Source of the DNA: Bacteroidales bacterium
Lineage (GTDB): Bacteria; Bacteroidota; Bacteroidia; Bacteroidales; S143-33
Reading direction: 5' to 3'
Assembly: GCA_015489395.1 (NCBI GenBank)
Contig: WFZV01000126.1
Location: forward strand, 1-41,893
Length of the DNA: 41,893 nucleotides
The translations under genes and the position numbers were made by a program. Of the stretch, positions 35,894 through 41,893 are shown piece after piece (the first letter of the stretch is position 1; every line of letters begins with the position of its first letter). Below the pieces are notes generated by a model. It worked only from the letters and a program-made list of their open reading frames with translations, was not told the origin of the DNA and did not search any database.

Positions 35894-36480
35894 TGGCTTT
35901 GAACTGCTTTAGGTAAAGAATCTGTCTGGTAGTTTGCAGGTTGGTCTAACATTTGAAAGTCTTTTAGCTGGAAATAATCCTGGATAAGCTTTTGTAAATC
36001 AATGTATTTGTACACACCGAAGCCCATAATTGGCGGTTTGTGTCCGTCGGCAATTATAAAGCCGATGATTTCTTTTTGTTGTTTGCGGTCAAAGTGTACA
36101 TATCCAGTGTCGGTTTTGATGTCAAATTTCCACGAGTAAGTCAGATATGATTTTATGTGGTATTTGGTTAAAGCTTTTTCGGCGTCCAGGGCTAATCGCC
36201 GGAAATTACTGAAGATTTGTTCAAAGTTAAAACGGTTGTATTCGCCGTAGAAACGGATAATTTGTTGACGTTCTTTGTAATTTGGCATGAAGAAAACAAC
36301 TGACGGAGTGTCAATAACCACTGTTTTTTGTTCCATTTCAATGCTGTGAACCAGTTGTGTATCAACGGTTTTGACTTTTAAAGTGTCGACTAAGTTAATC
36401 AGTTGATTGTCTTTTTTTTCGTGTTTACAGCTGCTAAGTACAAGTATAATTGCAGCTGAAAGTATAATGATTTTTTTCAT
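35890..36480 (-). CDS. Hypothetical lipoprotein
   Basis: MKKIIILSAAIILVLSSCKHEKKD signal/lipobox from the internal ATG at 36480; no other motif recognised. Confidence 0.55.
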   Translation of the reverse strand: MKKIIILSAAIILVLSSCKHEKKDNQLINLVDTLKVKTVDTQLVHSIEMEQKTVVIDTPSVVFFMPNYKERQQIIRFYGEYNRFNFEQIFSNFRRLALDAEKALTKYHIKSYLTYSWKFDIKTDTGYVHFDRKQQKEIIGFIIADGHKPPIMGFGVYKYIDLQKLIQDYFQLKDFQMLDQPANYQTDSLPKAVQSH

Positions 36481-36563
36481 GATGATTAAATTTTTGTCTA
36501 AATCTGCGGTATGTGGCAAATTATATTTTTAAGTCATTTTGCGAAAAACATGGTCTTAAAATT

Positions 36564-39452
36564 TTATAATCGTCCGCAAATTTGGGTAAATGGACAATGC
36601 TCGCAGGTTTTTAAGTTATCAGTCATTGGAAATTGTTGGTCTGGGCTGAAGATTTCCAGTAAAAGGTTACGCAAATACTGTTCGAAAATTTTTATAATCT
36701 CGTCGATTTCAGATAGTTTGCTGGTGTCGAAGGTAATGCCTGCTACCTGTATTTGTGGCGAAAAATTATGTTTTTCTTTAAACATTGAAGGTATATCATA
36801 AAGCCAGAGCAAAATATTGTGAGCAGGATTTAACCCTTTGTAAATCAGATAGTAAACAAGTAACTGGAATATTGGTTCGATTTTGTAATCTAATTTAGAC
36901 GGATCGAATAGATTTTCGAGTTTAGCTTTATGTGATTTTTCGCCTGTTTTATAGTCAAGCAGGTAATAAATTCCGTCTTTTTTGTGGATTCTGTCGAAAA
37001 TTCCCTGTAAAGTGACTGTGAGATTATCGTTTACTTTAAAATCATAGTAAAAGCCTTTGTTTTTTTCGCCGCGTTCTAAGGTTACGATTTCGAAAGGTGT
37101 AACGTTTTGAGCATCATATTCGAGGACTTTGTTTGCATAAGCAATCACGGCATTTGCAACCATTGCTATATCACCGCTATTTAAGTCAATATTTTCGTTA
37201 ATCAGCTCTCGGATAGTTTGTTCGACAATCACTGGTATGTTTGGCTTGTACTGTTCAATGTCGCTCGCCTGGATAATTGGTGAGTTTTTTTGATTTTTTA
37301 TGTCTGTATAAAACCGTTCGAGTGTATGGTGTAAAATATCGCCAAATTCAGCAGCATCTATTTCTAATTCTTCTTCCTTTGGTATGCTGAGTCGCAGGAC
37401 ATTGTTTAAAAAGAACAGTCGCGGGCATCGTAGATAATTAAGCAAAGCTGAAGCAGATAAAATCGTTTTTTGGCTAATTAAAGGCTTGATGTCTTCGGGA
37501 TTAAGGTTAAAGCTAAATTCTGGCATGGTTAAATCTTCGGTAAAAGTAAATTGCTCTTTGACTAAATCTGTTTCATTTTCAAGCTGTAAGATGTAGCGGC
37601 TTTTGCCTTCGTTGCCAAGTTCGACTAATGAATTGTAAATGAGATAAACGTTTTTGGCATTGTGCAACAAACGGTAAAAAATGTAAGCATAAAGCGAGTC
37701 CTGGTATTTTAGCACAGGCAGACCGTAAAATTTTCGCATTGATTCTGTCAAAAAGCTGTGCGAACGGCTGATTTGCGGATAAATACCTTCGTTCATACCC
37801 AGCATTATGATATTGTCAAAATCCAGATTTCTCGTTTCCATAATTGTCATAACCTGCAATCCGCGCAGGCTGTTGCCTTCGAACGGTACACGTATGTCGT
37901 AAAAATATTGTCGCAGCAAGCCCAGTAAAATGTCCAATGACAGCTCAAAGCCCTGTAATTCATCGATAGCTATTTGCAACTGGTTTATTGCAGTATAAAC
38001 AGCATAAATGTATTCCCGCTCAAATTCATCGCTGTTTTGGTAAATGCGGTAGATCAGACTAAGCAATGAGTCTAAAAATTCAGTTGCATTTGTGGCATTA
38101 AGCACGTCGAAAACAGTATGATTTTTCAGATTATCCGGCAAATCTGTGTACAATTCACGTTTTTGCGACATCAGTTGTTTTAACTGCTGCGAAATTTCCG
38201 GGAAAATGTTTTGAATTATCTCAGTGTCAAGTAGTTGCTGCAAGTCTTTGTAGTAAATTTTGTAGCCTTTTTTTAGTTGTCCAATTACGTAAAACCAGGC
38301 TTCAAAAAATGAGTACAGTGCTGTCAGTCGCAGGGGAAATTGCAGGGTAACATTGATTTTTTCAACATAATCCGGAAGAGAATAAAGCACTGGAAACAAA
38401 AACGCTTCATCAAGCAAAATAATTGCTGTGCGTTCCAGTTGCTGTGGATTGTCTTTTAGTCCTAACCATTCGAAAATTTTGGGTAAAATGCGCGCCTGTG
38501 CAATGCGTCTGGGCGTACTGATAACGTGTACTTTTGTATCTTTTAGCAGACGGTTGCGGTTGATTTGTAAACTGTCGGGATATTGCGGCAGGTTTAAATC
38601 CAAAAACATGCCTGCTTCGTGTTCGACTTTAGGTTTTGAGTCGTTTTGTGGCCGTTTTATGCCTAATTTTCGTAAAGTTTCGTCACTTAAATAGTATTCG
38701 TCGTAATCCCAGTAAAAACGCGCTTTACCGACTTTTTTCAAATAATCAAAAATCGCCCGTTCTGACTTGCTCAATGCGTAAAATCCCGCCAGAGCAATGT
38801 AACTGTAATCAGAAAACAGGTCATTGCCTTGCTCTAATTGTTCAACAATGAGGCGATTACGTAAACCCGGGTAATATAGCTTGTTGTTGCGCAGGTAGTT
38901 GACAAATTCTTCGTAAATTTTCGCCAGATTAGAGAATAATTGAACGAAAAATTCTACATGCTCAAAATTTAAGTTTTTGTACTGAGACCAAAATTGTTTT
39001 ATAACGTCAAGTTGCTCATCTGTCAAAAAATCTAATTTGGTCATTCGCTCTAAATCAGCAATGTTCAGGAATATTTTTTTAGCATCAATTAAATAACTAT
39101 CAATCTCGTTGAAATCCGATAAAACCGTTAAACCTAAGTTGTAAAACTCATCAAAGTTCAGCCTGGAAGCTTCTGAATCATTTGACATTACTTTTTTAAA
39201 CACATCATACAAAATCACCAAAAGTCTTAATTGCGAAGCTGGCTGGTAATCAGGCAGTACGCTTTCCAGAAACTGTTGCCAGGGCAAAGAACGGATAAAT
39301 TGATGTTTGCTAATCTGCGTGGCATAAATCATCTTAAAATAGCGTACACTACGTTTGTTCGGGAAAATAACCACCATGCGTTCGCGTTCATCCTGGCTAA
39401 TCTGGCTGCGAAAATCGTCAATATCCTTTGCTACCTGCGATAAGAAGTGCAT
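36564..39452 (-). CDS. AddB-like PD-(D/E)XK nuclease family protein with a C-terminal Fe-S cluster motif
   Basis: RecB-type nuclease core GIFDRIHKKDGIYYLLDYKTGE. Cys ligands LRCP... and CEHCPFTQIC (C-x2-C-x5-C). About 960 aa. Start placed at ATG 39452 (MHFLSQVAKD...) because a -7 box lies inside the longer ORF. Confidence 0.75.
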   Translation of the reverse strand: MHFLSQVAKDIDDFRSQISQDERERMVVIFPNKRSVRYFKMIYATQISKHQFIRSLPWQQFLESVLPDYQPASQLRLLVILYDVFKKVMSNDSEASRLNFDEFYNLGLTVLSDFNEIDSYLIDAKKIFLNIADLERMTKLDFLTDEQLDVIKQFWSQYKNLNFEHVEFFVQLFSNLAKIYEEFVNYLRNNKLYYPGLRNRLIVEQLEQGNDLFSDYSYIALAGFYALSKSERAIFDYLKKVGKARFYWDYDEYYLSDETLRKLGIKRPQNDSKPKVEHEAGMFLDLNLPQYPDSLQINRNRLLKDTKVHVISTPRRIAQARILPKIFEWLGLKDNPQQLERTAIILLDEAFLFPVLYSLPDYVEKINVTLQFPLRLTALYSFFEAWFYVIGQLKKGYKIYYKDLQQLLDTEIIQNIFPEISQQLKQLMSQKRELYTDLPDNLKNHTVFDVLNATNATEFLDSLLSLIYRIYQNSDEFEREYIYAVYTAINQLQIAIDELQGFELSLDILLGLLRQYFYDIRVPFEGNSLRGLQVMTIMETRNLDFDNIIMLGMNEGIYPQISRSHSFLTESMRKFYGLPVLKYQDSLYAYIFYRLLHNAKNVYLIYNSLVELGNEGKSRYILQLENETDLVKEQFTFTEDLTMPEFSFNLNPEDIKPLISQKTILSASALLNYLRCPRLFFLNNVLRLSIPKEEELEIDAAEFGDILHHTLERFYTDIKNQKNSPIIQASDIEQYKPNIPVIVEQTIRELINENIDLNSGDIAMVANAVIAYANKVLEYDAQNVTPFEIVTLERGEKNKGFYYDFKVNDNLTVTLQGIFDRIHKKDGIYYLLDYKTGEKSHKAKLENLFDPSKLDYKIEPIFQLLVYYLIYKGLNPAHNILLWLYDIPSMFKEKHNFSPQIQVAGITFDTSKLSEIDEIIKIFEQYLRNLLLEIFSPDQQFPMTDNLKTCEHCPFTQICGRL

Positions 39453-39477
39453 AATGCAGATTTTCTTGTGATTTAAA

Positions 39478-39485
39478 CAAAAGTA
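39478..39485 (-). promoter_or_regulatory. -7 box TACTTTTG (minus strand) upstream of the AddB-like gene
   Basis: Plus-strand caaaagta, 26 nt upstream of the ATG at 39452. Confidence 0.4.
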
Positions 39486-39581
39486 AAAAATCAACCAGTC
39501 TTACCCAAAAGAGACAAAATTTGTTTTTGGCATAAAATGTTTTAAAAATTAACTTTAAACCAAATCAAAAATCACCAAACA

Positions 39582-40784
39582 ATGTTACTGTCTGACCGAA
39601 TTCAACGCATGGAAGAATCCAAAACCATAATGATGGCGCGTCTTACCCGCCAACTGCGTTCACAGGGCAAAGACGTTATCACCTTGAGCCTGGGCGATAT
39701 TGATTTCAACACACCTGACTACATAAAAGAGGCAGCTAAACAAGCAATTGACCAAAATTATTCACATTATCCGCCAGTTGAAGGCTACCCGGATTTAATC
39801 GATGCGATTATCAATAAATTCTACAGTCAAACCGACTACCTTTACCGACCAGACCAAATACTGGTTTCTAACGGAGCAAAGCACACCCTGGCAAATATTA
39901 TTCTTGCTACCGTTAATCCGGGCGATGAAGTCATTTTGCCCACACCTTATTGGGTGACTTACAACGAACTGGTAAATCTGGCCGGAGGAAAGCAGGTTTA
40001 CATACGGGCTTCTATTGAATCGAACTGGAAAATAACAGCTGAGCAGCTCGAAGAGGCTATAACACCAAAAACTAAACTTATTATCTTGAACAATCCCAAC
40101 AACCCAACTGGCGCGGTATATAGCTATCAAGAACTGGCAGAAATAGCCAGAGTCGTAGCCCGTCATCCAGATGTATTACTCATTTCCGACGAAGTTTACG
40201 ACAGCCTGACTTACGAACAAGCTTTTATCAGCATGGGCGTTTTTAATTCGATAAGACGACAATTAGTACTGGTAAATGCCGTGTCCAAAACGTACGCAAT
40301 GACTGGCTGGCGAGTGGGATTCATGGCAGGACCGAAATGGTTAATAGCTGCTTGTAAAAAATTGCAGGGTCAAATGACTTCGGGCGTAAATGCTATTGCA
40401 CAAAAAGCAGCGGCGGCGGCGCTTCGCGGTGGTAGCCAGATTATAGCCGAGCGCAATGAGATAATGCGCCGCCGCCGTGACGTGATGTTCGAATATTTCG
40501 AACAAATCCCGAAATTAAAATACGTCAAAACGCGAGGTAGTTTTTACGCTTTTCCGTTGTTCGACGAATATTTAGGTACCCAGTACCAGGACCAAATTAT
40601 CGAAAGTACAACTGATTTGAGCATGTATCTGCTGCAGGAGGCAAATGTGGCTGTAGTAGCGGGCGAAGCGTTTGGTTACCCTGGTGCGATGCGTTTTTCG
40701 TTTGCAGTTGACCAGGAGATTATTCGCAAGGCTATGGAGCGTATAATCGACGCATTGAAAAAATTACGTCCAGATTTGTTTTAA
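39582..40784 (+). CDS. Class-I PLP-dependent aminotransferase (aspartate aminotransferase-like)
   Basis: LNNPNNPTGAVY and SKTYAMTGWRVGF (PLP Lys) motifs, plus a GEAFG..G.MRFSFA tail; 400 aa. Confidence 0.9.
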   Translation: MLLSDRIQRMEESKTIMMARLTRQLRSQGKDVITLSLGDIDFNTPDYIKEAAKQAIDQNYSHYPPVEGYPDLIDAIINKFYSQTDYLYRPDQILVSNGAKHTLANIILATVNPGDEVILPTPYWVTYNELVNLAGGKQVYIRASIESNWKITAEQLEEAITPKTKLIILNNPNNPTGAVYSYQELAEIARVVARHPDVLLISDEVYDSLTYEQAFISMGVFNSIRRQLVLVNAVSKTYAMTGWRVGFMAGPKWLIAACKKLQGQMTSGVNAIAQKAAAAALRGGSQIIAERNEIMRRRRDVMFEYFEQIPKLKYVKTRGSFYAFPLFDEYLGTQYQDQIIESTTDLSMYLLQEANVAVVAGEAFGYPGAMRFSFAVDQEIIRKAMERIIDALKKLRPDLF

Positions 40785-41167
40785 GCCCAGACGAATTTGT
40801 GGATTTTCTGTGCGCTCAAATAGCCAAGAATGACCATACTAAGTCCTAAAAAGTTTGTGACGCCGAGGTAAGCCAATGCTGCTTTGGTTTGTCCGTTTTG
40901 CAGCAATTTAACTGTGTCGAGGCTCAAGGTAGAAAATGTTGTAAATGAGCCTATTAGTCCGACGAGGGTAAATTGTTTTAGATGTTTCGAGACTTCTATT
41001 CGCTGGAAAATGCCCCAGAAAAAGCCGATTATGAATGCGCCTAAGATGTTAACGATAAATGTTGCCCATGGATAGTTTGGAGTGAGAAATTTTGTTGACA
41101 GGTGGGCTACAGAAAAACGTAATAATGCGCCTAATGCACCACCTGCCGCAATAGCCACTATTTCCAT
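40781..41167 (-). CDS. crcB: Fluoride ion channel CrcB/FluC
   Basis: AAGGALGALLRF, GFFWG and GLIGSFTTFSTL motifs. Start placed at ATG 41167 (MEIVAIAAGG...) because a -7 box overlaps the longer ORF-track start. Confidence 0.9.
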   Translation of the reverse strand: MEIVAIAAGGALGALLRFSVAHLSTKFLTPNYPWATFIVNILGAFIIGFFWGIFQRIEVSKHLKQFTLVGLIGSFTTFSTLSLDTVKLLQNGQTKAALAYLGVTNFLGLSMVILGYLSAQKIHKFVWA

Positions 41168-41181
41168 ATTCGTATTGTTTT

Positions 41182-41206
41182 TTAGATTTGGGAAACGCAA
41201 ATCTAA
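41182..41206. promoter_or_regulatory. Perfect 9-bp inverted repeat carrying a TAGATTTG -7 box on each strand, just upstream of crcB
   Basis: ttagatttg-ggaaacg-caaatctaa. The minus-strand box (41205-41198) lies 31 nt upstream of the crcB ATG; the plus-strand box is at 41183-41190. Confidence 0.45.
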
Positions 41207-41413
41207 GAAAGTTTGTAGTATTTTGCAGGTAGGTTAATTTTATTTTTAAATTTTCTTCAGGTGATAAGTTTTTGTTATTAAAAAATTGTAAAGTGCTTGT
41301 GGTTTTAGTCGAAAATTATAATGCAAGTTAGTTTTTTAGTTTTTCAATGAGGAATTCTGGATGTTGTCAGAGGTTGTAAATGGATGATTTACGGGTTTTT
41401 GGTTTTTTGAGGG

Positions 41414-41893
41414 TTATTTTTTTGTCATTTGCCGGATTTTGTCCCACATTTCGTCTGGTAAGTTTTCTAACCAGTTGAATTGTCCCGCTCCGCCTATCCA
41501 TTCGCCACCGTCGATTGTAATGATTTCGCCGTGGATATAGCCGCTGTAGTCAGACATGAGGTAGCAAGCGAGGTTTGCCAGTTCTTCGTGTTGTCCGAGG
41601 CGTTTAAGAGGTATTCGTTGGATAAGTTTATCGGCCATTGCGGGGTCTGGTAAAAGTCTTTTCCATGCGCCGGGAGTAGGGAAGGGACCGGGAGCAATGG
41701 CATTAATTCGGATACCGTATTTACCCCATTCAGCTGCGAGGCTACGTGTGAGGTTCAGGACGCCAGCTTTACTAACAGCAGAAGGTACGACGTAGCCGCT
41801 GCCTGTAAAGGCGTAAGTTGTGACAATATTGATGATTGTGCCTTTGATATTGTTATCGATCCAGTATTTGCCTATTGCCAGAGTCCAGTAATA
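41414..41893 (-). CDS. SDR-family oxidoreductase (2,4-dienoyl-CoA reductase-like), 5' end outside the window
   Basis: My translation of the minus strand is open from the window edge to the stop at 41414: ...TTYAFTGSGYVVPSAVSKAGVLNLTRSLAAEWGKYGIRINAIAPGPFPT...GEIITIDGG. It contains the SDR Y-x3-K and PG motifs. The ORF track shows only the final Met-initiated 74 aa. Confidence 0.85.
   Translation of the reverse strand, partial: YYWTLAIGKYWIDNNIKGTIINIVTTYAFTGSGYVVPSAVSKAGVLNLTRSLAAEWGKYGIRINAIAPGPFPTPGAWKRLLPDPAMADKLIQRIPLKRLGQHEELANLACYLMSDYSGYIHGEIITIDGGEWIGGAGQFNWLENLPDEMWDKIRQMTKK

Noticed and set aside
41168-41300. Expected fluoride (crcB-motif) riboswitch upstream of crcB
   Set aside because: Reading the minus strand, I found no GG.GAUG...CC / AAC.GCC / CUGAUGAU.CCUAC-like core. 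Only an isolated aacctacc resembles the 3' end. A covariance-model scan is needed to be certain.
1-41893. Search for CRISPR arrays, IS elements, integrases, phage or defence-island signatures, rRNA/tRNA genes
   Set aside because: No direct-repeat/spacer periodicity, transposase/integrase motifs, terminal inverted repeats or structured RNA genes were recognised. The window reads as core chromosome. A by-eye scan cannot exclude short or diverged elements.

Overview
AT-rich, densely coding chromosomal segment with about 38 CDS on both strands. It looks like Bacteroidota: one gene ends in a type-B T9SS C-terminal sorting domain, several products have lipoprotein or Sec signal peptides, and TAnnTTTG (-7 box) motifs recur roughly 20-90 nt upstream of start codons. 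I recognised no rRNA, tRNA, CRISPR array, transposase, integrase or phage gene. Housekeeping genes (trxA, ychF, greA, HIT, smpB, rsmA/ksgA, pepD, thpR, a class-I aminotransferase, crcB, an Fe-ADH, PhoA-type alkaline phosphatase) are interleaved with envelope and signalling genes. Main points of interest: (1) a tightly linked minus-strand pair at 33033-35220 encoding a TPM-like protein split by a membrane hairpin and a protein with two Tim44-like + zinc-ribbon modules behind a Gly-rich N-terminus. (2) An 11.7-kb same-strand gene train at 18198-29883: T9SS type-B cargo, TPR protein, ~630-aa beta-barrel, a 920-aa HEXXH / beta-propeller / Omp85-like-barrel protein, smpB and a sensor. No PorP/SprF gene is present. 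(3) Two paralogous transmembrane HAMP-GAF-PAS coiled-coil proteins with no recognisable output domain. (4) An alpha-carbonic-anhydrase-like lipoprotein lacking two of the three zinc-ligand histidines. (5) A ferredoxin-DUF1858-DUF2249-solute-binding-protein fusion. (6) Four convergent gene pairs whose stop codons overlap by 4 nt. All functional calls come from motif recognition by eye; no profile searches were run.
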